DNA of 64,000 nt from Promethearchaeota archaeon (GCA_016926735.1 JAFGOA010000036.1:33821-97820); one strand, 5' to 3'. Counted from the stretch's first letter, positions 9,986 to 20,926 are shown. Made by a program: numbers and translations. The notes: a model not told the origin generated them from the letters alone.

Positions 9986-11230
9986 ATGGCAAAAAAACCC
10001 AATTTGAAAAGCGAAGATGTGATTACAGAATCTGATAGTAACACAATTGAATTTATTCTTAAATTCTTTAGAGCTAAATCTCTTAATATTGATAAAGAGA
10101 AAAACGTAGTTATTATAAAAGGAATTTTAAATAATCCTATTGAATCCTTTAGTTTCTTAAATAAAAAAGAAGTAGATTTTATTAAAAAAAGTTTAACTGT
10201 AACAAATCTCAAAGATCTATTGGAATATAAGAATAAAAATCTCTATGATTATATCTCATTTGATAATCTCAAATCAACAGAAAAAGCAGGTATTGAGATT
10301 AAAGAATTAGAAGAAAAAATACAGAAAGCAATAAATATCACAGTAATTGCTGATAAATTAAAAGAAAATTCAGTCTCTTTGGATAAAGAACAACAAAAAA
10401 TAATAATCGCAGGATTAGATCAAGCAGGTAAAACAGCCATCCTAACTAAGTTTGGAGGTAGATTTGGTCTTAATGAATTAGCAAAAATTAAACCAACTAA
10501 AAAAGTAGAAAGAAGAGAAATTAATACAGATAGTTTTACAATATTTCTTTGGGATTTTGGAGGGCAGAGTATTTATCGAGAAGAATATCTTGAAAATCCA
10601 GATACTTATTTTATAGGTGTAGATTTATTAATTTATGTAATTGATATTCAAGATCCAGACAGATTTGACGAATCATTTACATATTTAAAAGGAATTGTTA
10701 ATGCTTTAAAAAATTTAGAAGAAAATCCTTACATATTGATTTTCTTACATAAATATGATCCTGATATAAGACAAGATCCAAAAATAGAACTTAATGTCGA
10801 ATTTGTAAAAGATAAACTTAAAGATTTCTTTGCAGAATCGACTTTTTCTCATGAAACATACTTATCCTCCATATATTATTCTGTTGCAAGAGAACCCCAA
10901 TTTGCTAAATATATGAAAGAAATGATAGCTAATGTTGGTAATTCTGTTGATAATCCTACAATTCAAAAAGTTGAAGGTTTAGCTAAGACATTAGAACAAA
11001 CCCTTAATGCTGTAATACGTCTTTCAGAAAGTATGTCTCTTGAATTAAACCAATTAGATACACGATTAAGGGCTCTCGAGTCTGGAGCTGTTCATATGGC
11101 TCAGCAAGGGGTCCCCATAGAAATTAGTCCAACAGTGCAAACAAAAGAAATAGGAGGAGGAAATGTTCGAGTTAGAGTTCTTGATGAATTAAAGGACTTA
11201 TTTGCAAAAAGAAAAAAACTCGATTTTTAA
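9986..11230 (+). CDS. Arf/Rag-like small GTPase with N-terminal extension and C-terminal coiled coil
   Basis: G1 GLDQAGKT, G2 PT, G3 WDFGGQ, G4 HKYD. Confidence 0.85.
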   Translation: MAKKPNLKSEDVITESDSNTIEFILKFFRAKSLNIDKEKNVVIIKGILNNPIESFSFLNKKEVDFIKKSLTVTNLKDLLEYKNKNLYDYISFDNLKSTEKAGIEIKELEEKIQKAINITVIADKLKENSVSLDKEQQKIIIAGLDQAGKTAILTKFGGRFGLNELAKIKPTKKVERREINTDSFTIFLWDFGGQSIYREEYLENPDTYFIGVDLLIYVIDIQDPDRFDESFTYLKGIVNALKNLEENPYILIFLHKYDPDIRQDPKIELNVEFVKDKLKDFFAESTFSHETYLSSIYYSVAREPQFAKYMKEMIANVGNSVDNPTIQKVEGLAKTLEQTLNAVIRLSESMSLELNQLDTRLRALESGAVHMAQQGVPIEISPTVQTKEIGGGNVRVRVLDELKDLFAKRKKLDF

Positions 11231-11235
11231 AGATC

Positions 11236-11952
11236 TTATTTCATTTCTTTTTTTCTCTGATTTTTTATATGTTTATATAATGCTAATAGAAGAATAGAAC
11301 CAAATGCTCCTATACAAAGAATAACATACCATATATTTTCAAATAATAAAGGATTGATTTCATAAGGTATCATATCTATTTTTAAACTATTCTCAATTTG
11401 AACTAACAAATCAATTAACAATGGAGAAATAAAAAATACCGTTATGGTAAATCCTACAATACCTAAACTAAAACCAACAATCACATCTGAAGGATAATGA
11501 ACTCCTAATTGAACCCTAGAAAAAGCTATTAATCCAATTAATATACAAAATACCAAAAGAATATAAGGTGAATTTGTTAAAAAACTAATAGTTAATCCTT
11601 GAGAAACAATATTATATGTATGCCATGAAGGAAAACTTCTTGAAAAAGGTTTTCGCGCGAAAACTTTAATATTATCTATTTTTCTAAAAGGTCTTTGCCT
11701 TTTAATTAATATTTTTATGAAAACTATTGATACTAATCCAAATAAATAAGCAAATCCAATATTTGATAAATAAAGAGGATCATACCAAATCAATAAAAAA
11801 AAACCTATTAATATACACCAGATAGTCTCTTCTCCTAAAAATGAGAGGTTTCTTAGTAAAGCTGTAAATATATTGCCTCCAATACCATTATATTTTACGA
11901 CAATTTTACTATCCCATTCATTTATCTTCTCAAACCAATTTTTGATTTCCAT
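11236..11952 (-). CDS. PAP2-family membrane phosphatase
   Basis: KxxxxRxRP, SFPSWH and SRVQLGVHYPSD motifs. Confidence 0.9.
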   Translation of the reverse strand: MEIKNWFEKINEWDSKIVVKYNGIGGNIFTALLRNLSFLGEETIWCILIGFFLLIWYDPLYLSNIGFAYLFGLVSIVFIKILIKRQRPFRKIDNIKVFARKPFSRSFPSWHTYNIVSQGLTISFLTNSPYILLVFCILIGLIAFSRVQLGVHYPSDVIVGFSLGIVGFTITVFFISPLLIDLLVQIENSLKIDMIPYEINPLLFENIWYVILCIGAFGSILLLALYKHIKNQRKKEMK

Positions 11953-11961
11953 AGTTTTTAC

Positions 11962-12759
11962 TCAGCTATTCAATTGTTCAATAAATTTATACTCTTTTTT
12001 TACTGTTAATGATTTTTCCTTAAAATATTTTAGATTATGGGAATCTGATCCAATAAAAATCTTTGCCCCTAATTTTTTTAATTGAATAATTATCTCTCTT
12101 GAAGGAAATGATCTCCCATAAGAATATTTTAGACCTGAAAGATTATATTCGATATTAATTCCATTTTTTATACATAATTTTCCTAAATTGAGTATTCTTT
12201 CATCTGAAATGTCACAATCTTTACTCGGTTTTAATTCATTATTATTAATATATCGAAAAATTGTGTCAATATGACAAATATTTTGAAATATTTGAGATCT
12301 AATCATTTTTTCAACAGAAATAAAATATTCATCAATTAATTGTCCTGTTGTTTTTTTTTTTAAAAGCTCAATAATATAAGATTTTTCCGTAATTGGAAAT
12401 CCTATATCGCATTCATGAACACTTCCAGCAATGAAATCCATTTTTTTATCATAATCGTCCATGAATTCTATTAAATCGACTTCTCTTTCCTTATAATAAT
12501 CGACTTCTAACCCGCTAAGAATAAAATCATAGGTTTCTTTTAATTCATCGATTTCTTCCAAATAATTTTCAATATTACCATTATAAAATGGATGAGAAAT
12601 ATCATTCTCAACTTTATAAAGCTCATAGTGCTCTAAAAAACAAATATTAATTTTTTTTTTCTCAGCAATTGTGATATAATCTTCAAAATTAGGACCATTT
12701 TGAACAATATCGGAACTCCATTTTGTATGCACATGATAATCTGTATATTTGAACCGCAT
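11962..12759 (-). CDS. PHP-family phosphoesterase (histidinol-phosphatase HisJ/HisK-like)
   Basis: DYHVHT, EH, GLEVD, GSVH, HID and GSDSH metal motifs. Confidence 0.85.
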   Translation of the reverse strand: MRFKYTDYHVHTKWSSDIVQNGPNFEDYITIAEKKKINICFLEHYELYKVENDISHPFYNGNIENYLEEIDELKETYDFILSGLEVDYYKEREVDLIEFMDDYDKKMDFIAGSVHECDIGFPITEKSYIIELLKKKTTGQLIDEYFISVEKMIRSQIFQNICHIDTIFRYINNNELKPSKDCDISDERILNLGKLCIKNGINIEYNLSGLKYSYGRSFPSREIIIQLKKLGAKIFIGSDSHNLKYFKEKSLTVKKEYKFIEQLNS

Positions 12760-12882
12760 ATGTCTATAAAAATTATTAATTAATGAATTATTCATGAAAT
12801 ATAATTTATCAAATTAGAAAAAATTATTTAAAAAATGCATTAGAAACTCAAATAGGGAGAGAAAAAAACTAAAATTGGGAAA

Positions 12883-13683
12883 TTAAATATTATTGCGTAG
12901 ATATTCAAGTGCTTCTCCTCTAATTTCCCCATAAGTTCCTATTCCAATTTTTTTGATCTCATCTACAATTTGGGGTGTTTTAATATTTCTTAAAGTATTA
13001 CGCCAAAAAAGAGTTTCAAGATTTTGAAATTTTGCAAGACTTTTTGGAAATTTTTCCATATGAACGTTAAATAAAGCAATTGTCTTTAATGAAGGATGAC
13101 TTGCTAGAAATACAGGGATGTCATCAATAGTAGTTCGACAAAAGTCAATTTTATTCAGGTTGGATGCATTTAAGAGAGTCTCTGGAAGGTAGAAATCTTT
13201 AGGTGTTTCATATAGTCTTATATTTTTTAAATTTTGAAGATTTCCAATAGATTTAGGTAAAGTTTTCATTAATTCACAAGTGAACTGTAATGATTCTAAA
13301 CTCTCCATTTCTCCTATTGATTGGGGCAATTCAGTTATTACCTTACTCTCGATTGTCATTATTTTAAGTTTTTTTAGTTTACCAATTTCTTCTGGAAGAT
13401 TTCCCATAAGTGCATGTCTCCACCCAATTGTTTCCAGATATTCTAATTTTCCTATTTCTGTAGGCATATATCTAATCTCATTCTTTTTAATCTCCTCTGC
13501 TGGTATTTTATTATAGATAGGTCTCTCCTCTTTATCCATTTCAAATGAAATTTTAGTTATGTGTTTTTTTGTTGTTTCATATTTGGGACCTAAAAGAGAT
13601 GCTTTTTTCTTGGGAAGGATATTGATTTTTAATGCATTATTTATTAATTGAATTATTTCCTTTTCTTCTTTAAAATTAATCAT
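12883..13683 (-). CDS. Leucine-rich repeat protein
   Basis: About 23-aa LPxxIGxLxxLxxL repeats (LPEEIGKLKKL, LPQSIGEMESL, LPKSIGNLQNL). Confidence 0.9.
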   Translation of the reverse strand: MINFKEEKEIIQLINNALKINILPKKKASLLGPKYETTKKHITKISFEMDKEERPIYNKIPAEEIKKNEIRYMPTEIGKLEYLETIGWRHALMGNLPEEIGKLKKLKIMTIESKVITELPQSIGEMESLESLQFTCELMKTLPKSIGNLQNLKNIRLYETPKDFYLPETLLNASNLNKIDFCRTTIDDIPVFLASHPSLKTIALFNVHMEKFPKSLAKFQNLETLFWRNTLRNIKTPQIVDEIKKIGIGTYGEIRGEALEYLRNNI

Positions 13684-14121
13684 TTTATATCATTTTAAAT
13701 TTAAAATATTCCTAAGGTTCTTAATAATTTTTAGAATTAAAATAATGCTAAAATTTCTAAGTAGAAATCTCGCTAAAATTATATATATAATCTTAAAATA
13801 TCTATTTCGCAATATTTCTAATACATTTTCAATTATTCGGATATTTTTTCCAACAATGGTTTTTTAAAGAACATATTCCATAGAAAATGTATAGATTTTA
13901 ATAGAAATCTGAATTGAAGATGTTTTTCACGATCTCCTTATACTAACTTCACATAAATACTATATCAGAATCATGATAAATAATTGGTTTTCTTATTTAT
14001 CAATATTTACAATGGATTTTCTGTTCATTTAAAAATGTAGAGTATTATGATATAGTAAATTCTATGTATATTCATCCATACTTTAAAGAACATGGGTTTT
14101 TGCTATAAGATTGTAAAAAAA

Positions 14122-14511
14122 TTAGCAATTATCATTTATTCTATCAAAATATACATTCATTTTTTCCAAAAAAGAATCTACTCTTGAAAATTCATCAATA
14201 ATCAATGTTAGGAACACTTTATATTCATTATTTTTAAAAATCATAATAGAAATATCTTCTATTTGAGCGATAATTTTTTGCAATGATCTATCTCCAATTG
14301 TTTTCCCCAAACCATCAGCACTTTTTAAAACAGAGGCAATCATCGGGATTAATTCTTTATAATTATAATCTTCTTTCGTTTCTTTAATTAATAATCTACC
14401 ATCTAAATAGGAAAGAATCACTCCCAGAAAATTACCTTCTTTTTTGATTTCTTCAAGTATCTTTGATAATTTTTGATAGTTAGGACTATTTTGGATTTTA
14501 TTTTCACTCAT
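14122..14511 (-). CDS. Roadblock/LC7 domain protein
   Basis: 129 aa; GVILSYLDGRLL and MIASVLKSADGLG pattern. Confidence 0.75.
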   Translation of the reverse strand: MSENKIQNSPNYQKLSKILEEIKKEGNFLGVILSYLDGRLLIKETKEDYNYKELIPMIASVLKSADGLGKTIGDRSLQKIIAQIEDISIMIFKNNEYKVFLTLIIDEFSRVDSFLEKMNVYFDRINDNC

Positions 14512-14586
14512 GATTTTAAGAAAGCATGTTCAATATCTAAAATAATTAATATGCATTTAATTAATTAATGTTATAGTGAAAAAAAG

Positions 14587-15975
14587 TTGGAAAATAAAGA
14601 TTTAGTAGAATTAATAAAAGAGAGTAATAAATTCTTTATTATAAATGAATTAATCCCATTTTTAAAAATTCCTAGTTTTACATTAAATAAGGAAGGAATT
14701 AATCAAGCTATTAATTTTATAATTAAATATATCTCTGAATTTAGTGATGATATCCAGAAAATTGAAGGAGAGGTAAACCCTTTAATAATAGCAAAAGTTT
14801 CAGGGAAAATTAAAACGCCTATCCTAATTTATATGATGTATGATACTCAACCTGTTAATGAATTAAAAAAATGGGAATCTCAACCTTTTCAAGCAGATAT
14901 AAAAAAAATTCCAGAATTTAATAATTTAGGAAATTGTATTATTGCTAGAGGAGCATATAATTCAAAAACTCCTTTATTATCATTTCTCAATATTATAAAA
15001 ATTCTTAAACAAAAAGAAAACTTACCTATTTCATTGTTTCTTGTATTTGATGGAGAAGAAGAAATAGGATCCCCAACATTTTTAAAATTAATATCTACTA
15101 AAAAATCATTATTTGAAAATTGTACACATGCTTATTATCCTTCAACTAAACAAGATATAGATGGTAAAGCTATTATTAAATTAGGATATAAAGGATTAAT
15201 TTCATTTTCTTTAAGAACTACCTCTAAAAATAAACAAGTTCATTCTGCTTATAATAATATCATACCAAATCCTTGTTTGGATCTTTTGAGATTAATAGAT
15301 ATTATTTTTAAAGATAATAAAATACAAATAAAATCTTTATCTGAAGAATATAAACCTTTACAAAAAGAACAGGAACTTTTAGAAAAATTATCTTTAAATA
15401 AAGATCTTGGAAATATCTTGTTAAAAGCAGGAATTAATCAATATTCAGCTCAAGACTCTTATCAATTATTTTTTAATTATTTATTCAAACCCACATTCAA
15501 TATTTCTACATTAAAATCTGGATATTTAAAAGAGGGTATAAAAAATTCAATTCCGAATAGTGCTCTTTGTAATATTGATATTAGATTTGCACATCAACAA
15601 TCTGTAGATATTATCTTTGATGAAATTTCAAGACTTATTCTTTCATATTCTCGTAATCTAAATTCTGATGTTGAAATTATAAAAAACAGTGCTATTGAGA
15701 GTTCACGTATAGATATTGATTCTGTCCTAGTAAAGAGTATTCTAAAGAGTTATGATAAATTAGAAATTCAATCTGAGATCTGGCCAATTAGCGCAGCAGC
15801 AGCCCCGTTAAGTAAAATAAATACTGATTTAGGAATGGAATACATTGCAGCAGGTTTAGGAATAGGAGGTAATGCTCATACTTATAATGAATTTATACAA
15901 TTTGATTCAATAATCGACGCTAGACTATCTTATTTTTATTTTCTTTTTTTCTGTTCAGAAGACCTTAATTTTTAA
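14587..15975 (+). CDS. M20/ArgE-DapE family metallopeptidase-like protein with atypical metal ligands
   Basis: YDTQP, ARGA, DGEEEIGS, GYKG, NAHTYNE motifs. Confidence 0.85.
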   Translation: MENKDLVELIKESNKFFIINELIPFLKIPSFTLNKEGINQAINFIIKYISEFSDDIQKIEGEVNPLIIAKVSGKIKTPILIYMMYDTQPVNELKKWESQPFQADIKKIPEFNNLGNCIIARGAYNSKTPLLSFLNIIKILKQKENLPISLFLVFDGEEEIGSPTFLKLISTKKSLFENCTHAYYPSTKQDIDGKAIIKLGYKGLISFSLRTTSKNKQVHSAYNNIIPNPCLDLLRLIDIIFKDNKIQIKSLSEEYKPLQKEQELLEKLSLNKDLGNILLKAGINQYSAQDSYQLFFNYLFKPTFNISTLKSGYLKEGIKNSIPNSALCNIDIRFAHQQSVDIIFDEISRLILSYSRNLNSDVEIIKNSAIESSRIDIDSVLVKSILKSYDKLEIQSEIWPISAAAAPLSKINTDLGMEYIAAGLGIGGNAHTYNEFIQFDSIIDARLSYFYFLFFCSEDLNF

Positions 15976-16117
15976 AGATGTCCTATAGTATTACATATAT
16001 TATATCACAAAAATTTTTAAAAAATTATTTTATCTAAATTATATCTGAAATAGAAAATAAGAATATTATACAATAGTTTTTTTTATAAATTTACAGTTAT
16101 CAGGTTCCAAAATAACA

Positions 16118-16681
16118 ATGAGTAATTCAAATATTGATATTGTTTTTAAAATATGTATTTTTGGGGATGGTGGTGTTGGTAAAACAACATTAATTAAGAG
16201 ATATTTAACTGGTTTATTTGATGATTCTACAGCTATGACTATTGGATTAGATTTTCATACAAAAAGAATCAAAATTAAAGATTTAAATATCGCACTTCAA
16301 GTATGGGATTTTGCTGGAGAAGAAAGATTTCGTTTTTTATTACCTTCTTATGTAGGAGGTGCAAATGGAGGATTATTTATGTTTGATATTACTCGATTTA
16401 CAAGTCTAAAAAACTTCCCTGATTGGTTAGAAATATTCAGAAATGGATATAATAAAAACAACAGTACAAATAATGTAGATTTAAAACTACCCGTGATTAT
16501 GGTAGGTGGAAAATCAGATCTAAATGATAGTCGAGCAGTTTCAATAGAGGATGCTGAGGAAATAGTGCAAAATGAAAATCTATATAGTTATATTGAATGT
16601 TCTTCAAAAACGGGTGAGAATATAGAGGAAATTTTTAATCAAATTGTATTATATCTGCTGAAAGTCTCAAATATATTTTAA
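16118..16681 (+). CDS. Rab-like small GTPase
   Basis: G1 GDGGVGKT, TIGLDF, WDFAGEERF, GGKSD, ECSSKTG; no C-terminal prenylation Cys. Confidence 0.92.
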   Translation: MSNSNIDIVFKICIFGDGGVGKTTLIKRYLTGLFDDSTAMTIGLDFHTKRIKIKDLNIALQVWDFAGEERFRFLLPSYVGGANGGLFMFDITRFTSLKNFPDWLEIFRNGYNKNNSTNNVDLKLPVIMVGGKSDLNDSRAVSIEDAEEIVQNENLYSYIECSSKTGENIEEIFNQIVLYLLKVSNIF

Positions 16682-17319
16682 TGTGTATATTAGTTGAAAA
16701 AACAATACTCATTTGAATTATTATTATATTAATAATATATATTAAATTATTAATACAAAAATAATATATTGAAGTTTACTTTCTAATGTTCCATAATTTA
16801 ATTCTAATTTATTTGTTTTTTAAATCAGAAAAGATTATAATAAACGTTCTATAAATTCATACAAGATTTTAAAACCACTATTTCGTCTTAAGCGTTAAGG
16901 AGCGATATGTATCATCTTTCATAGACTATTTCCAATTATATTAGAGGAGATTGTCATTCTCCTTTTTTGTCGAAATCACTATAATTATATTCATTGTTTT
17001 AGAGGGAATTTGATTAATTTTCTCCTTTGAATATGATGCTATTTAAATAATTTTCGATATAACTGATTTATATACAATTAAAAATGATAAATGTCTATTT
17101 TAATCAATAATTAGACTTATTCCCTTTTACAAAACATAGAATTTCTTCTATTCTTTTTTTGAACTTTATTGAGATTTTCTTTTTTTATATCAATGCGTTA
17201 ATATTTTATTATTGTTATTAATTATGAAAATTACAAAGAAGATTAATAAACACCTTATTTATATATTATTATTAAGTTAGCATTAACTTTAGATTGAGAT
17301 TAAAAGGTATTGGAATAAA

Positions 17320-17667
17320 GTGCCAATTGGTTCATTAGTTATTAAATGGGACACAAGAAGCGGAATTGATATTTTAGCAAAAAACCCAGAAAATATAGCT
17401 GATAAAATTTCAAAAAAAACTTTATTACAGCTTTATAATATGCATCAATATTTAGTAGATGAAGGAGTTGTATGGTTACAACTAGATCATCTAAATCTTG
17501 TATCTTACTTTTCTGGAATTGATTTTTATTTTATAGTTGTTCTTAATATGCTTGAAAATCCTGAAGAATTTGAAGAAAAAACCTTTTATTGTGGAAAAAA
17601 ATTATCAGAATATACAGAAAATGATAATTTAAATGAAATAATGATAATGATGTGCAAGGATTTATAG
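17320..17667 (+). CDS. Stand-alone longin/uDENN-like domain protein
   Basis: 115 aa; LVIKWDTRSGIDILAKNP resembles the uDENN F(D)xxxGxxxxxxYP hairpin; GTG start. Confidence 0.55.
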   Translation: MPIGSLVIKWDTRSGIDILAKNPENIADKISKKTLLQLYNMHQYLVDEGVVWLQLDHLNLVSYFSGIDFYFIVVLNMLENPEEFEEKTFYCGKKLSEYTENDNLNEIMIMMCKDL

Positions 17668-17691
17668 CTATAGCACTAATTTTTTGATATC

Positions 17692-18534
17692 CTAAGATAT
17701 AAATATATCATCTAATTTTTCTATAATAAGATTTGGTAATAGATCTTTATCATTTTCTGCATTATTTAATGTAATTCTTATATTTTCTATTTCGCTTCTA
17801 GTCGTAACACCTGTTAGAACAGCTATAGTAGTAATACCTGCTCTATTACCCGCTAAGATATCAGTATTGAGTCGATCTCCAATCATAACCGCATATTCTT
17901 TCATTAACGAATTATCTTCTAATATCTTATTAATACCAAATGGATTTGGTTTTCCATAAATCACTTTTGGATATTTACCAGTACAAGTAGTAACAGCATT
18001 TACCATTACACCTGCTCCGGGTTTAATTCCTTTTTCTACAGGCAAAGTTGAGTCTGAATTAGTCGCGATAAATTCGGCCCCTTTTTCAAGTATACATTTC
18101 TGAGCAGAATATAATTTATTATATGTTAGATCTCGATCAAGACCAACTACCACATAATCTACATTATCAACTTCCTCATCTTCCTTTAAAATAATGTGTC
18201 CACTATTCTCTAATTCTTTTTTTAATCCTATCTCTCCAATTACAAATACTTTAGAATTTTTCTTCATTTTTGTTATCTCAGAAGTGGTAATTGAAGCGCT
18301 TGTATAAAAATCTGAAATTTTACTTTCTATTCCTAATTTATTTAATTTATCTACATACATTTCACGAGTTATCGTTGAATTATTTGTATTATATATAACT
18401 TTAATGGACATTTCTCTTAATTCCTTGATGATTTTATTAACATTTTCTATTAATTTTTTACCTCTATAAATTACCCCATCTAAATCAAATATAAAAAGTT
18501 TTTTCTTCTTTAAATCATCAATTAATTCTCGCAT
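17692..18534 (-). CDS. HAD-IIA (NagD-like) phosphatase
   Basis: FDLDGVIY, TNNS, GKP and MIGDRLNTDI motifs. Confidence 0.92.
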   Translation of the reverse strand: MRELIDDLKKKKLFIFDLDGVIYRGKKLIENVNKIIKELREMSIKVIYNTNNSTITREMYVDKLNKLGIESKISDFYTSASITTSEITKMKKNSKVFVIGEIGLKKELENSGHIILKEDEEVDNVDYVVVGLDRDLTYNKLYSAQKCILEKGAEFIATNSDSTLPVEKGIKPGAGVMVNAVTTCTGKYPKVIYGKPNPFGINKILEDNSLMKEYAVMIGDRLNTDILAGNRAGITTIAVLTGVTTRSEIENIRITLNNAENDKDLLPNLIIEKLDDIFIS

Positions 18535-18629
18535 AGTTATTTAAAATAATAATAACTGATATTAAAAGATAATTAGAACACAAAATATCTTTAACTCTGC
18601 TAAATAAAAAGAATAATAATAAAAATTAT

Positions 18630-19769
18630 TTATAAAAATCCAATGGGTAAGTTAAAGACATAATAAAAAATAGTAATACCAAGGGTTATAAGAATTGGAT
18701 TTAATATATTATCTGCTATATATGTTGGAAAAAAATCAAGCAAAAAGAATATGATTGCAGCAATTATCGCATATATAGGTCCTACAGTAAATACCCCTAT
18801 TAAATATGCACTACCTACTCCTGCAATAAAACCTTCAACAGTTTTTTTCTGACCTCTTGGACAATTGATCCTATATTTACCTAATCCCCTTCCAACTAAA
18901 GCAGCAGCAGCATCAGAAAAACATGCTATTAAAATTCCTGCAGTAAGAGCATTTAAAGGAACTATACCCTCTAAATACAAGATATAAGAAAATATAGCTC
19001 CAGCCAATAAATATATTTGAGGCCCAACTGCATTATATTCCTCATTTCGTAGCACTGAGCGTGTTAAAAAATTTAACATAGAATATTCTGGTCCCCATAA
19101 TATTCTTATCAATTCAGATACAATTGTAAATACTAATATAGCAATAAAAGCAAATAACGTAATATATTGTATCGCAATAAAATCACCTATTGCATATGGA
19201 TATGTTGATATATCCCCCCAAAGAAAATTATATGTAGGTTCAGTGGTTTTTATAAAATAGATTATACCTTCATTTACCATTCCTGCTAGAGGAGGGAATA
19301 TCATATAAATTCCATAAATTGCAAAAATGAACAAAAGTCCACCTAAATGAAAGGTTTTTCTAATTAATTCCATTTTTATGGAGATTTGTTCTCTATATGG
19401 GCTTTCTTTTTTCATTGCAATAATATATCTTTTAATAAGAGAGAGATCTTTTATGTTATTTGATACTTTATCAAAATCTATTTTTTTACTGATTTTAGAG
19501 ATTAATAGACTAAAACTTAGAAAAACTATCAACATAATTCCAATCCACCATACCATAAATCCATTGTAAGGATAATGGGCTAATCCTTTGATTGAATTAT
19601 AATAAGCAAAAAAAATAAATAAGAAAGCACATACCAAAGTAGAACTACTTCCATATCTATTTTCTTTATATCCCTTATAAGCAATATAAAACATAAGAAA
19701 TGATAATATAAAGAAGAAATAAGTTAATGTTGTATTATAGAGTTCTGGTATAATATTCAAATTAATCAT
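18630..19769 (-). CDS. CTP-dependent polyprenol/dolichol/phytol kinase family membrane protein
   Basis: RKTFHL, DAAAALVG..LG and KKTVEG motifs; multi-TM. Confidence 0.8.
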   Translation of the reverse strand: MINLNIIPELYNTTLTYFFFILSFLMFYIAYKGYKENRYGSSSTLVCAFLFIFFAYYNSIKGLAHYPYNGFMVWWIGIMLIVFLSFSLLISKISKKIDFDKVSNNIKDLSLIKRYIIAMKKESPYREQISIKMELIRKTFHLGGLLFIFAIYGIYMIFPPLAGMVNEGIIYFIKTTEPTYNFLWGDISTYPYAIGDFIAIQYITLFAFIAILVFTIVSELIRILWGPEYSMLNFLTRSVLRNEEYNAVGPQIYLLAGAIFSYILYLEGIVPLNALTAGILIACFSDAAAALVGRGLGKYRINCPRGQKKTVEGFIAGVGSAYLIGVFTVGPIYAIIAAIIFFLLDFFPTYIADNILNPILITLGITIFYYVFNLPIGFL

Positions 19770-19858
19770 ATATTCTCTTGATTCTATTAATATTATATTG
19801 AATATTATATCCTATAATTATTCTTCGGAATATTCTATTAAAATAAGTAGATCTCTAG

Positions 19859-20926
19859 ATGATAAAAATTGAAAATAAAAAAATGAATTTACTTAATACT
19901 CTTATGAGAATAGAAAGCAATGAAATACCTGTTTATTGTACGGGATATCCAAAAGAGAGTTTTATGAAATTATATCAAAATAAATATAACATAATCTCTG
20001 AAAATAACAATATGTTTATTCTAAAAGGAAAAGATTATTCTCTTATTGATAAAATGGGATTTGATGCTATTTCAATCTGGGACTTTAGAAGAGGCATAGG
20101 AGGGTATAGACTTGATTTTCGAACAGAAATAGATGGATGGGGGAGAATTATGACAAATAATTGGTATACTTGGGATGGCGTCTTCAAAGATGAAAAAATA
20201 ATTAATAATTGGAATCATTTAACCTTACCTTCAGAAAGGGATTTAATATTATTAGCTCGATTTCTTAGGTATAACAATAAGATGGGTTATGTCTTATCTT
20301 TACCCGGATTATTTGAAAAAACCTGGCAATCTATGGGATTTATCTTTTTTTCCAAATGTTTAAAAAAAAACATTGAATTCATTAGAAGAATTATTGATTT
20401 TTTTTATGATTATATAATAAAATTAATAAAACTCCTACAGAAATATGGCGTCAATATTTTTTTAATTGCAGATGATCTTGGTTATAATAATCGTTCATTT
20501 ATTCAGAAGAATATATTTTTTCAATTATTTTTAGATAAATACAAAAATCTTGTGAATTTTATTCATGATAACAAGAATTATGTAATTATTCATTCTGATG
20601 GATATATATCAAATTTTGTTGATCTTTTAATTGATATTGGATTTGATGGGATACAAAGTATTGAACCTAATGCCGGTAATAATATATTTGAACTTTTTAG
20701 GAAATTCGGTGATAAAATCTGTTTTATTGGTAATCTTGATAATGGAAAATATTTAACTTTTGGGACCACCTTAGAAGTTAGACAATATGCAGAAAAATTG
20801 ATAAAAAAAGCGAAAAAATATAATTCTTTTCTAATAATATCTCCTACCCAACAAATTAATGAAATTACTCGTCCAGAAAATATATATCATATGATAAAAA
20901 TTACAAAATTACAATCTCGTAATTGA
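19859..20926 (+). CDS. Uroporphyrinogen decarboxylase / MtaA-CmuA methyltransferase family protein
   Basis: DGWG, ADDLG, HSDG, GNLD and PENI motifs. Confidence 0.8.
   Translation: MIKIENKKMNLLNTLMRIESNEIPVYCTGYPKESFMKLYQNKYNIISENNNMFILKGKDYSLIDKMGFDAISIWDFRRGIGGYRLDFRTEIDGWGRIMTNNWYTWDGVFKDEKIINNWNHLTLPSERDLILLARFLRYNNKMGYVLSLPGLFEKTWQSMGFIFFSKCLKKNIEFIRRIIDFFYDYIIKLIKLLQKYGVNIFLIADDLGYNNRSFIQKNIFFQLFLDKYKNLVNFIHDNKNYVIIHSDGYISNFVDLLIDIGFDGIQSIEPNAGNNIFELFRKFGDKICFIGNLDNGKYLTFGTTLEVRQYAEKLIKKAKKYNSFLIISPTQQINEITRPENIYHMIKITKLQSRN

Noticed and set aside
13700-14110. Possible decayed gene or transposase remnant on the minus strand
   Set aside because: Only short broken frames with no recognisable motif
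16907-16924. Micro-ORF MYHLS after AGGAG
   Set aside because: Five codons and short SD spacing; expected by chance
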